Assembly (NCBI GenBank): GCA_024626585.2 | Contig: JANKJI020000002.1 | Location: 202,243,026-202,277,430 of the forward strand | Reading direction: 5' to 3' | Length of the DNA stretch: 34,405 nt | Source of the DNA: Ginkgo biloba | Lineage: Eukaryota > Plantae > Ginkgophyta | In this document: positions 1 through 11,022 of the stretch, piece by piece | How the letters are laid out: every line of letters begins with the position of its first letter | Position numbering within the stretch: position 1 is the stretch's first letter | Notes under the pieces: model-generated | Seen by the model: only the letters and a program-made list of their open reading frames with translations | What the model was told of the DNA's origin: nothing | Databases searched by the model: none | Made by a program: the position numbers and the translations under genes

Positions 1-1339
1 TGAAAATACATATAATTTATGATCTATAAAGGTCTATTATTTATAACTATAAGAGATAATGGGACTTTTGTGAGAGGTGTATCTCTAACATTTGTGCTAT
101 GTACCTATGATTCTAAGTAATTAGGATTGTACCATATTATTACATTTAATATTTTATATAATTATTAATGACTATGTAATTAACACATGTACTCTTTCTT
201 ATGATGGTTCTGACATTTTTCTAATGGTGGTCCCTACATCCTAGAACCCCATTTAGTCAACATACACTACCTTTATACTATGTTGACAAATTGTAATATG
301 TAGTAGTAAGTAATTACAATGACTATCTAAAAAATATATTCATGACATAGGAAATTTATTATACATTCAAATCTATCATGAATTCGCATCCCAATAAAAT
401 CCTTACTATTATTTCATATATTTTACAAGGAAAAATAGAACTAGTAAAATGAGGAAAAAGAGGAAGAGAATACAAACTATGTGTAATAGTTAATATAAGA
501 ATTATTAGAAGTTAAGCACCAAAATATCATCCAAAATAATTTACAAATAAATACATGAAGACGAACAAGAATCAAAAGATATCATAAATAAGGAACATGG
601 TGATAAGAATGGAAAATGTTATTAGAGACCATCATATTAGTACCATGAGTAATATAATAAAATAATTAAATAGACTACAACATGAAAACTAATAACATAT
701 AAAAATGTCACAAAATATAGATTATTCTTAAAAATACCATGAAAACTTTTTACTATAAGTAAATAACTTAAATGTTTATTAATTCATTTTAATATATAAA
801 TAAACTATATAACTTCNNNNNNNNNNNNNNNNNNNNNNNNNNNNNNNNNNNNNNNNNNNNNNNNNNNNNNNNNNNNNNNNNNNNNNTGTACAAACTAGTT
901 GCTAAAGGATCTCTTTCTACCTTCTATGAAAATAAATTTAAATATTTGCACATAAAATAAACATTTAATAATTATAACTCTACATTAGTATTATGAAATG
1001 TATTCAATTAAGATTATAGGCACATTTATATAGCCAATAAAATTAAAATGTTATAATATTAAATAAATTATCCAAGTGTTTATAAGGAATCAAAATAATT
1101 GGTGAATGTTAAGAATGTACCTCCAAACATTAATATATGTTTATTAATCAATTTCAACAATAAATACATATTATAAAAAACTCATTCCAATCCNNNNNNN
1201 NNNNNNNNNNNNNNNNNNNNNNNNNNNNNNNNNNNNNNNNNNNNNNNNNNNNNNNNNNNNNNNNNNNNNNNNNNNNNNNNNNNNNNNNNNNNNACTTCAA
1301 GGTCAATGACTTCATTAGTATAAGGAAAATTATATAGTT

Positions 1340-1634
1340 AAGATATCAACCTTAGTGTAATCGTGATTTTATTTTCAAGAAACTTGATATGATCTTTTAC
1401 TTAGAAACTTGATAGTATCTCTAATAAAATACCAAAGAATAATCCCATTATATTCAATCGGACGATCGTCAGGTGATTCTCAATCTTCCAGTCAATGTCC
1501 ATTGTTCGAGAGTCCCCCTCCGAAGTCCAACTCCCCTTGCTACATCCTATATAAGCTAAGGTTGCTCCCAACTTTTGCAAAATGTTGAGGCTAACCACAA
1601 TCCAAAATAGCTACTAACATCTACTCCCTCATTA
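1340..1634 (-). mobile_element. Polypurine tract plus 3' LTR of a minus-strand LTR retrotransposon
   Basis: Minus strand reads AATGAGGGAGTAGA (1634-1620, PPT) then TGTTAG at 1619; downstream TATA-like TTATATAGG and AATAAA. Distal LTR end near 1340 is approximate. Confidence 0.6.
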
Positions 1635-1664
1635 AAACTTGAGTGTCTTGCTTAAGTCAAGAAC

Positions 1665-3343
1665 TAAGTAGAAGGAGAAATGGAATGGGAATGAGAAGAA
1701 GGGGATGTAACTAAAACCGAAGCGGGATCACTAGCGTTTGCTTCCATCTACATGGGATTAGGTTCAGAAGGTCCTACTTTACCATTGCCATGAAGACTTA
1801 CCAACTCTTTTTCCAACTTAGTCACCTTTTTTACAATGATGTTTTCCGCCTGTGTTATTTGCATCCACTCCCTCTGTTCCTTGGCCACCTTATGCCCCAA
1901 CCCAGCTATCCAATGTTGATATTCATTTTCCATCATGTCCTTTTATTGGGATAATTGTTCCTCTACCACTTGTCAATGCTCCTCTTGCCATTGTTGCCTC
2001 TCTACTGCTAATCATTCGTCATATTCTTATTGCTATTGTCATTGTGCTTCCTCCATTTGCTTTTTGTGCTCTAATTGGCTAACTTCCAATTGTGCCTTTA
2101 CTTAATCCAATTGGGGTGTATGTTGTGTAGTCTTTTTTATCCTTTCGGATCTCCTCCCAAAGTGTCTCCAACTCTTGCTTTAACTCGTTGGCCTGTTGGG
2201 CTTGGGCAATCTATTCCACATATCTAATGTTGCCCTCTAGTGAGATCAATCAGATTTTTTGTATTAATGGTCATGTTAAAAGATCTTCTTCTTTAGGTTT
2301 TGCTAGTAGCAAATATCCTTGCATATTTATTCTCCTTACATGGGAGGTCCACTCCTTCGGAGCCTCCACCCTATCGAGCATATGTTCCTTCCTCTCTGCT
2401 TGACACTTGCTAAAGGTTGCTCTGATTTCTCCAGCCAATATTTGCGTCCTAAATTCCCAAGATGGTATTTGGAATAACCTCTCTGTTGCCTACAATGCTT
2501 GCCAAAGTCCTGCCATAGCATGATTAAGCAGACGATCACCATATTGGGGTGAACATTGATCAACGAGTTGTAATGTTAAAGAGAGTAGTCAAGAATACTT
2601 TGACTCGTAACTCTTTGATGACCTTCCTTCCCTTCTATTATCTATGTTTGCCCCCTCTCCTTCTGCACCCACCTCTTCCTCCTCGGAGGTTGCTTCAACA
2701 TTAAGGTCATAAGATTTAATGATTGTGAAAGGGAGGGGGGTGTCCTCTTAAAAAATGGTGTTAACATCAACTTCTAAAATTTTGTCCAAAACATTATCCA
2801 ACATTTACTCAAGTGAATTTCCTTTTGTTGCAACACTATTCCTCAAGAAATATTTAACTTATGCTTGGTCCCCTCCTACGAACATCTCCTCTTCCACATC
2901 ATTAGGCATATTTGTCAAAGGAGAAGTAAGGCTACCCTCAATTGCCCCCACTCCAATTTCAATGGCTGTGCCTTCAACCATGTCATTCTGTAGTGTGGTG
3001 TATCCTCCCATCCTTCTTAGTTGAGTCAAGTTGGTGAAGATTTCTTACACCTCATTCTATTCTTCAGTTCCCTCAAACTCTTCCTCCTCTATGGGGTCTA
3101 TTGTGCTATCAATTTCCTTGAGCTCTTTCCCAAAGATTATCTTCTTTCCTTTTCTTACTTGTTGCTCCACTATAAAGTCCTTCCATCTCATGATCGATGG
3201 GACTCTCGATTGAATCTACTCTAATGTGGTGCCCACTATATCATGGTAGAAACTCTTAAGGTATAATGATAGGTTGAATCCACATGAGGCCTTAGATGTC
3301 AACACATTGAAAATTTGATGAAACTTCTTCAAAAGAAATTGGC
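1665..3343 (-). pseudogene. Decayed extra ORF (acidic middle, coiled-coil-like C-terminus) in the 3' internal region of the LTR element
   Basis: One minus frame reads from the gap for >1 kb with scattered TAA/TAG/TGA stops (QFLLKKFHQIFNVLT...PIEEEEFEGTEE...QQANELKQELETLWEEIRK), then after a frameshift ...MMENEYQHWIAGLGHKVAKEQREW (ORF 1748-1936), ending just before the PPT. No gag/pol motifs recognised. Confidence 0.55.
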
Positions 3344-3479
3344 NNNNNNNNNNNNNNNNNNNNNNNNNNNNNNNNNNNNNNNNNNNNNNNNNNNNNNNNN
3401 NNNNNNNNNNNNNNNNNNNNNNNNNNNNNNNNNNNNNNNNNNNCTTAACTAAAGCTAACTTAACTTACTAACTCAAATT

Positions 3480-4460
3480 GGAATTATTCCAACAGGATGA
3501 ATAAGGACACTAAAACATTTGTCACTAAGTGTGAAACTTGCCAAATAAATAAAGGAGAAATGGTCAAGACCTTGGGGATCCTCCAATCCCTTTCCAATCT
3601 AGAGACATAATGGGAAGAAATTTCCATGGATTTCATCATAAATATACCCAAGTTTTAAGTAAAGGATGATATCATGGTGATAGTATATTAAATAACCAAG
3701 TATGCTTCTTTCTATAAAGTATAATCAAAATTCAAGGATAGTCAGATGATAAAAAAATTAATGTGAGAAATTAATAATTTGCATTGAGTCCCCAAAGTAA
3801 TAATCAATGATAGAGAACCAAAATTCATAATAAAATTTTGAAAAGAGATATTTAGGACACTTATCACCCAATTAACCGTGATATCTTCATACCACCCATA
3901 GAAATATGGATAAACAGAGGTGGTCAATAATTACTTAGAAGGCTACCTTTGTAACTATATAGCAGACAAATAAAATTAGTGGAATAGATGGTTTCACTTG
4001 GTAGAATGGTGGTATAATGAATCTTACCAATCCTCCATGAAGATGAATCATTTTGAGTATCTATATGGATATGTAATCCTAAGCATCAAGATATACTTAC
4101 TAGATTATCCCAAAGTACAGGAAGTCATAGAACACAACCAAAATGCATAAGAGACCATTAGGCTACTTAAGGAAAACTTATGAACTATAAAGAACTAAAT
4201 GGAGTAGCAAGTAGACTAGAATAGAAGTTAATGATAGTTTTATATTTGATATTGGGTATACCTAAGGTTGTAACCCTATAATTAGATGTCACTAAAGAAA
4301 AAAAGGAAGATTAAGCTAGCACCTAGATTCTATGGACCATATAAAGTATTCAAAAGGATTGGGATGATTACCTGTGCTCTTGAACTATCTAGAACATCTA
4401 ATCCATAATTTTTTTTATGTATCCTATCTTAATAAGGTCATTGGTCATAACATTCCAATA
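3480..4460 (+). mobile_element. Ty3/gypsy (chromovirus-like) integrase, degenerate
   Basis: CETCQINK (~3530), WEEISMDF (3611-3634), IINDREPKF, SSYHP, TEVVNNYLEGYL, EWWYN, KLAPRFYGPYKV (GPY/F motif, ~4331); many stops. Confidence 0.92.
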
Positions 4461-4674
4461 NNNNNNNNNNNNNNNNNNNNNNNNNNNNNNNNNNNNNNNN
4501 NNNNNNNNNNNNNNNNNNNNNNNNNNNNNNNNNNNNNNNNNNNNNNNNNNNNNNNNNNNNNNNNNNNNNNNNNNNNNNNNNNNNNNNNNNNNNNNNNNNN
4601 NNNNNNNNNNNNNNNNNNNNNNNNNNNNNNNNNNNNNNNNNNNNNNNNNNNNNNNNNNNNNNNNNNNNNNNNNN

Positions 4675-4956
4675 AGGGGAGGGACTTGTATAAAACCTGA
4701 ACCTTTTATTCTTACTATTCATCTATCTCTTTATACTTAGTTCCTCTTATTCTATTATATTCTCTCGAGTGTAAATTCATGTAAGTCACCTATCTTACAT
4801 GTGGTATACCTCTTATCACTCTCTATTATAGGTACCCTTATGTAAACCCATAAGGGTATATTTTGTATTGACCAATATTATATTATAGGTTTCCCTCCTT
4901 GAAGTGAATTGATGAATGGGACATTGGCTTTTTGTGTTATGATCATTCTTGTGTCA
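4675..4956 (+). mobile_element. PPT and 3' LTR of the gypsy element above
   Basis: AGGGGAGGGACT (4675-4686) followed by TGTATAAAACC at 4687; candidate end ...TGTGTCA at ~4956. Start resembles the LTR at 23353-23652 (TGTAATAAACC). Confidence 0.65.
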
Positions 4957-5399
4957 TTAAGTTAGAGCAAAGTTTGCTTAAAAAAATTATCTATATGCAC
5001 TAAGGAAAAGTATTATAGAATACCTTTCTATCATTAGTGAACTATAGGAGATACAAAAACAATTTGAGTAATAAGTGGTTTGGGGTAGATCACACACCCT
5101 TTTCCTAGAGAATTAATATTTAAAGACTTAAATAAATATATGAATGTAATGGGTTTAATAAAGTAGCTAAATTTTTTATCAAATAATGAGTTCATGGAAT
5201 CAAATATTTATAATTATTTCTAATGATAATGGGTACATGGACACCCAAATTCGTAAGACTATAGATAATTTAAATGAATTATGTTGGAGCATCCCCATAA
5301 TTTTTGAAATGGCATAATTTTGGGGAATTGATAGGTCATTTTAGATGAATTGGATTGAGGCATTTCAAGAAATAGTTAGGGTAAAGGAGAAAATAAGAT

Positions 5400-6440
5400 T
5401 AATAATGATTGATGATTGACATCAATTAAAGAAAGAGAGAAATGGCACTAATGATAAGAGGAGTGTTAGTTTTGGATAATTGTCCAGGAAGATCAATGGT
5501 GACCATAAAGGAGATGGAGTTAGGTAGGGAGACTAACTAGAGGATAAAATGGTACAATTTCCAATAAGAAAGAGAGAAGATGACCATTGATGGAACAGGG
5601 AGTCAAATCATCTAGGAGGTCCATGGAGGAGGAATTTTAGCATGAATAAATGAGGTAGAAGAATGAGTAATAAGATAAGAGAAATACTGATAGAACCACT
5701 AATAGAGGAAATTGTATGGAATTATGAAGGAGAAAACTAAGATTAGGATTATAATAAAAATTTATTTTATCATCTAAAGAATGGATAAAGGAGAGAGTCA
5801 TCAATGCGCCATGAGAGGAGGAATACCAATAGAGGGTGTGACTATTGAGAGAGATTAGTCGACAAAAAAGAAGATATGTAAGAGAGATAAAAGAGAAGAG
5901 AAGTAGTGAAGGAAATAGAAGAGTGGATATTGATGGTGAAGTAGAATGAAGAAGGATATGAGAGGAAGGTTTATCAAATATAAGAGGAGTAGAGACATCC
6001 ATCAATAATGATAATAAGGGACCAACTATAGAAAATAACTAACTAATGACTGATAAAAGGATAGAAACAAAGAGAAGGAAAAACCTATGATAGTTGATGA
6101 CTAACCAATAATTGATTAAGGGTATGGTAGAGGATGAAGGCCATATTAGAGAGAAATAATTTTGAATTAAATATTTAAAAGGTGACAGGTGGATGTATCA
6201 ATAGAATCTTATTCACCAACNNNNNNNNNNNNNNNNNNNNNNNNNNNNNNNNNNNNNNNNNNNNNNNNNNNNNNNNNNNNNNNNNNNNNNNNNNNNNNNN
6301 NNNNNNNNNNNNNNNNNNNNCAAACCACTAACTATGAGGAAACACAATGGAGTAGAGTTCAATAACCAAAATATTTGGTGAACGAGGTGGTCATTGAGTG
6401 TTGAAGGGAGGAGTTTATGGAAATCCCTCAAAGAAGGAGG
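5400..6440 (+). mobile_element. Purine-rich non-coding internal region of an LTR element, ending in a PPT
   Basis: Strong A/G strand bias, recurring TGACYATTGA-like motif, no pol motifs; ends AAAGAAGGAGG (6430-6440) just before TG at 6445. Confidence 0.45.
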
Positions 6441-6444
6441 TTAT

Positions 6445-6785
6445 TGTATGTTTCCTAGTGATTATATACAAAACCCCCTATGGGGATGACTATAAACATA
6501 ATTATATAAGTAAGTTGGTGAGAAAATTATAATAAAATATTTGAGTTTAATAAATTATTAAAACTTACTCCTCAAAGTGTATATGTTTATTATGTTGAGT
6601 ATATGGACTATGAGCCATTAAGTATATGTGCATTTGAATTTTCTATCTATGGATTGTAAGTTAAGTTTATTCCCTTAAAAGGTAGGTAAAATTATGGGTG
6701 TCCTTTGATAAAACCATGTAAGGGATAGGAAAAATATCCCACATTAAATCCTAGGAGTGGTACACTCATTATATAGTATCAAAGT
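6445..6785 (+). mobile_element. Short LTR (~6445-6773) followed by decayed tRNA-Met PBS
   Basis: TGTATG start after PPT; ends TTATA (decayed TTACA) then TAGTATCAAAGT (6774-6785; cf. TGGTATCAGAGC). Shares a 21/23 motif (6736-6758) with the LTR at 10727. Confidence 0.5.
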
Positions 6786-6869
6786 AGTTTATTGGTAAGG
6801 TGTTGTGTAGGTGGATACATCAATGAAGAACTATAATAAATATACTTAATGTTGGGAATAACTTTTCTA

Positions 6870-7480
6870 TCTAAATTAGAAGGTTTTATAGTCATGTGGC
6901 TTAAAGTCATATGTTTTGTAGTCAAGGGATTTTTATGAGGACCTACATAGTATATTATATCTATTCAAAAAGTTGTCATAATTAGTAAGGAGGCATTAAG
7001 TATGGTCAAGACATAGTATCAGTAAGCACAACTAGTATATATTAAATTCTTGATCATAATTCATTCATATGTTTTAAAATACTTTATAAATGGGGATAGA
7101 ATGGGCATCAATTTGTTCAATATGTAATCAAGTCTAAGAATACATAAACCATTTGGTGGTAGTGTCTTGAAATAAGGAAAATGTGGCATTTTATTTATAA
7201 TTAATTTTAGATTAATCATAAGGGGAACTAGTTGGATAAGGACCTATTGTCAAACCATTTCTTCCTTATAAATAAATCATAGGAAGGAGCATTATGATCT
7301 AGTAAAGATATGAAAAAGATTGATTGATGGGACATTGAAGGAGTAAATTTGACTAAAGAGGGAAAAGGTACAAATAATTCATTTATGGGTAGATAATTTC
7401 ACTTGTAGGTGAGCTATAGGTCAGAACCATAATAGTTTAATATCATAACTAGATATTACAAATTCATAATATGTCAATCA
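6870..7480 (+). mobile_element. Highly degenerate Ty3/gypsy RNase H region
   Basis: Faint, correctly ordered remnants: KKL, KEALSMV, DHNS, QYVIKSK..NHLV; frameshifted. Confidence 0.35.
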
Positions 7481-8397
7481 TGACTGAAGTATAAACAAAG
7501 GTGAAGGTGAAATAAAAAAAAGTTAAGATGAGAGATCACTTACACAACCACTCTACTCAAATTTCAAAATATTTCCTATAGTGAATAATTCTCACCCACA
7601 TATCAATTTGTAAGTGACTATTCCTTTGGTCACTTTCAACCCAATTGTAGCTAAATCTAAGTAATCACCCACTATAGCCCAAAAATAGGTGGAGACCTAG
7701 AATCACTCATTAAAATCCCAAATGTAGGTAAATTAAGTAGCATTAAATGCTAACTTATAGGTTATAGGATTAGTTAGTAACCTATACTATGTCTATACAT
7801 AAATTCAAAATAAAAGTAGAGATATGTAATTTGATTCAACTATAAANNNNNNNNNNNNNNNNNNNNNNNNNNNNNNNNNNNNNNNNNNNNNNNNNNNNNN
7901 NNNNNNNNNNNNNNNNNNNNNNNNNNNNNNNNNNNNNNNNNNNNNNNNNNNNNNNNNNNNNNNNNNNNNNNNNNNNNNNNNNNNNNNNNNNNNNNNNNNN
8001 NNNNNNNNNNNNNNNNNNNNNNNNNNNNNNNNNNNNNNNNNNNNNNNNNNNNNNNNNNNNNNNNNNNNNNNNNNNNNNNNNNNNNNNNNNNNNNNNNNNN
8101 NNNNNNNNNNNNNNNNNNNNNNNNNNNNNNNNNNNNNNNNNNNNNNNNNNNNNNNNNNNNNNNNNNNNNNNNNNNNNNNNNNNNNNNNNNNNNNNNNNNN
8201 NNNNNNNNNNNNNNNNNNNNNNNNNNNNNNNNNNNNNNNNNNNNNNNNNNNNNNNNNNNNNNNNNNNNNNNNNTATCTTAAGAAATAAATTAGTACTCAC
8301 CATTTATTGTTATTCTCACATATTATTTCCATCTATGTAGGTGAAACTCTATTCTAATTTTTTATTATGGGAACCCATAGGTGTTGGATAATATTCT

Positions 8398-9456
8398 TAG
8401 TATCAAAGTAGGTTCCATCCATCAATCAATGAAGAATTTCATTTACTAAAAGGTAAGTGCAAATGAAAATTTGATACCTATAATATATAAGTGAATTGTT
8501 TAAACACACTTTAAGTACTAAGAATAAGGTAAAAAACCCAAGAATATTTTATTTCTAGGTTATCATCAAATAAAGTAATATGATAAGATTATTTAGGAGG
8601 AGAGAAATAGGAATGGATTGAAGAGCTTATGGAGGAAGATGAGTAAAAGGATTGATAATCTTATAAAGAGATTGACGAACCTCTAAATGGATCTTGATTA
8701 TTACATGATCCAACTAATGCAAGTGATAAATATTTTTATTTTATCATTTTATACTATAATAATGATTATATAAACACCCATGATTAGTGCTATAAGTAAT
8801 ATACCTTCCAATAGTGATAGATTAATTTCTCCTATAAGAGCACAAAATCTAGTGCTTAACATCAATGCCACCTTTAGAGTGGATTCAAAGTTGGGATGAA
8901 TATAGATAATATTGATGATTAGTTGATATATTTAAAGACATATTTCATAGTTAAAAAATATTTTGAATCTTAGAAAATAACATTTTCTAAGTTAAATATG
9001 AGAGGACATTCCTTGTTATGGTGGGACAATCTATGTGAAAGGTAGAACTAGTAAGAATAAACACCCATAATATTATAGTATGAATTCACTCAAATCATCA
9101 ATAAGAAGTTATACCCAATAGGGTACCTAAAATAGTAAAAAATTATAATGGAAGTACCTTATACATAAGATTGGATAGAGTGTGGAGACCTACACTAACA
9201 AGTTTAATTAATTTACCATTATACTTAAAATTATTGATGAGGAAGATAGTTTAGTATTCAATTTTATTAGTATATTACTCACACCCTTACAAAAGGAACT
9301 AGATATATTTTACATAAATACTCTTTAATAATATTATCAAAAAGCTAAGATAATGGAATTAAAATTAAAGTGACAAGATCCTTCCACTTATCTAAATATG
9401 CATAAGAAACAAATCCCTTTAAAATTTCCACTGAGACATTAGTATAATAGAGATTG
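8398..9456 (+). mobile_element. PBS-like site and degenerate Ty3/gypsy gag
   Basis: TAGTATCAAAGT at 8398-8409; frame from 8905: DNIDD*LIYLKTYF...KITFSKLNMRGHSLLWWD (GHSLLWWD 9004-9027)...LYPIGY...G*SVETYTNKF...LQKELDIF...YQKAKIMELK, a typical retrotransposon gag pattern. Confidence 0.85.
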
Positions 9457-9593
9457 NNNNNNNNNNNNNNNNNNNNNNNNNNNNNNNNNNNNNNNNNNNN
9501 NNNNNNNNNNNNNNNNNNNNNNNNNNNNNNNNNNNNNNNNNNNNNNNNNNNNNNNNAAAGTATAATCAACAACAAGGAGAAGGGAAAGTACAA

Positions 9594-10271
9594 ATGGTAT
9601 CAGAAGATAACGGTCCTATTGCATGGCATTCAGGAGAGCTTTCAGCTCTGAGTAAGCCCTTTTTCCCTCCACTGGGACAAGACTGGACTTCAGGCCCTCA
9701 AGATAGTTCTTCTTCTACTTTAGAGTTTGAAGTGGGCACAGACATTTTATCTACTGATCCTGCTGATCATCCGATCTGTGCATTTGCTGCTGCTGGTAAA
9801 TGTGCTCGTGGAGATACATGCCCTCAGCTTCATGGAGATCTATGTGTTACCTGTGGTAAGCACTGCTTACATCCATACAGGCAAGCAGAGAGAGATGAAC
9901 ATAACAAACAATGTCAGCGCAATCAGAAGCGCTTGGAAGCCTTACGGCGCAGCCAAGAGATTGAATGTAGTGTATGCCTAGACCTTGTACTGTCAAAACC
10001 AACTCCTGCTGAACGGAAGTTTGGTTTGCTAACTGAGTGTGATCATCCTTTTTGTATCTCTTGCATTCGGAGCTGGAGAGGCAATACTCCTTCCCCTGGT
10101 ATGGACGTCAATGGTGTATTAAGAGCCTGTCCTATATGTCGGAAGCTCTCTCATTTTGTCATCCCAAGTGTGACATGGTATTCAAGCCATGAGGAAAAAG
10201 AAGAGGCCAAGAGAAGGTGGATAAAGGAGAGTAAAGGAGGCCAAATAGGTCTAAGGATAGGTCAAGAGTAG
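9594..10271 (+). CDS. MKRN: Makorin RING-finger E3 ubiquitin ligase, partial: CCCH finger, makorin Cys-His motif and RING-HC; non-makorin tail after 10205
   Basis: C-x7-C-x5-C-x3-H at 9777-9833; [11 protein letters not shown]...H...C motif; C3HC4 RING at 9966-10139 with [13 protein letters not shown]; [17 protein letters not shown] closely matches plant makorins as recalled. No stops. Frame is also open upstream to the gap (9558). N-terminal CCCH pair and C-terminal CCCH not seen. Identity is confident, functional status is not. Confidence 0.93.
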   Translation: MVSEDNGPIAWHSGELSALSKPFFPPLGQDWTSGPQDSSSSTLEFEVGTDILSTDPADHPICAFAAAGKCARGDTCPQLHGDLCVTCGKHCLHPYRQAERDEHNKQCQRNQKRLEALRRSQEIECSVCLDLVLSKPTPAERKFGLLTECDHPFCISCIRSWRGNTPSPGMDVNGVLRACPICRKLSHFVIPSVTWYSSHEEKEEAKRRWIKESKGGQIGLRIGQE

Positions 10272-10725
10272 GCTAATCATCTAAGTGATAACAAGGAGGA
10301 AAAGCCTATTAGAGAGGTCTATGTGATAAGAAATCCAGATATCAGGCCCATGAGAGGCAAAGATAAGGAAGGCAAGAAGGATGAAGTTAGTGAAGGAAAA
10401 AGGAGATAGTGGAAGAATATCGACCATGAGGTAGATACCATATAGAGAGGATAAAAGAGAAGACTAGAAGAGGAATAAAAATAAGAATGAATAGAGAAAG
10501 GAAATGATGAACATGAGTGAGGCACACAAATAAGGAGCAGAAGGAATAATAAGTTGAGCATAGGCTATGTGAAGGATAAGGATGCAACAAGTAAAGTGTC
10601 GATCATGAGGCATCCTAGGAAAAAAGAAGAAGATCAATGGATAATGGGTTACATGTGCCTACAGGGATCAAGGTGTGGATCCATGGAGTAAGTTTGTACA
10701 TAATTCCTCTAAGAGAGGAGATAGA
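10206..10725 (+). mobile_element. Purine-rich 3' internal region of an LTR element with PPT
   Basis: A/G-rich, repeated CATGAG(A)G motif; ends AAGAGAGGAGATAGA (10711-10725); terminal ~35 bp resemble 6412-6448. Confidence 0.55.
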
Positions 10726-10726
10726 T

Positions 10727-11022
10727 TGTAACCTTGGTAGTATAAAATTCCATGTAGTGAGGACTTATAAAGTGAAATCCATTCAAGATAAATTTTTAAT
10801 GAAATAAAATGCATATTCTATGCTAAATATCTGTGGGAAGGCCCTCCATATTTATGCACTTTATTTGTTGTTATTTTCATTGCAAGAGTTGAGTAGATGT
10901 CATTAAGGGGTAAATAAACTATGGAAAGTGATATTTAACATCCCACTTTAAATCCTAAGAGTAATCACATTGCATACCATGGGAGAAAATTGGTAGGTGG
11001 CTAAATTATAGTGGTATCAAAG
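10727..11022 (+). mobile_element. Short LTR (10727-11010) followed by tRNA-Met PBS
   Basis: TGTAACC at 10727 after PPT; AATAAA inside; ends TTATA, 1-nt spacer, TGGTATCAAAG (11012-11022). Confidence 0.62.

Noticed and set aside
251-291. Inverted repeat GTCAACATA/TATGTTGAC
   Set aside because: Short and AT-rich with no supporting context.
4955-4968. CA-TT-AAGTTAGAGC as a PBS after the 4687 LTR
   Set aside because: Only the last 5 nt match the Met-PBS.
5637-6005. Hydrophobic S/L/F-rich minus ORFs (also 10319-10590, 11822-12019, and + strand 24781-24990)
   Set aside because: Expected by-products of reading pyrimidine-rich strands; not membrane proteins.
6736-6760. Possible Cassandra-type 5S rRNA segment in the short LTRs
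   Set aside because: No recognisable 5S A/C-box similarity.
9727-9981. 84-aa ORF overlapping makorin in another frame
   Set aside because: Shadow frame with no motif.
10211-10222. AAG/GTGGAT as a splice donor closing a normal makorin exon
   Set aside because: Weak donor, and the preceding AKR codons already depart from the makorin consensus; no downstream makorin exon was seen in the window. Not fully excluded without RNA-seq.
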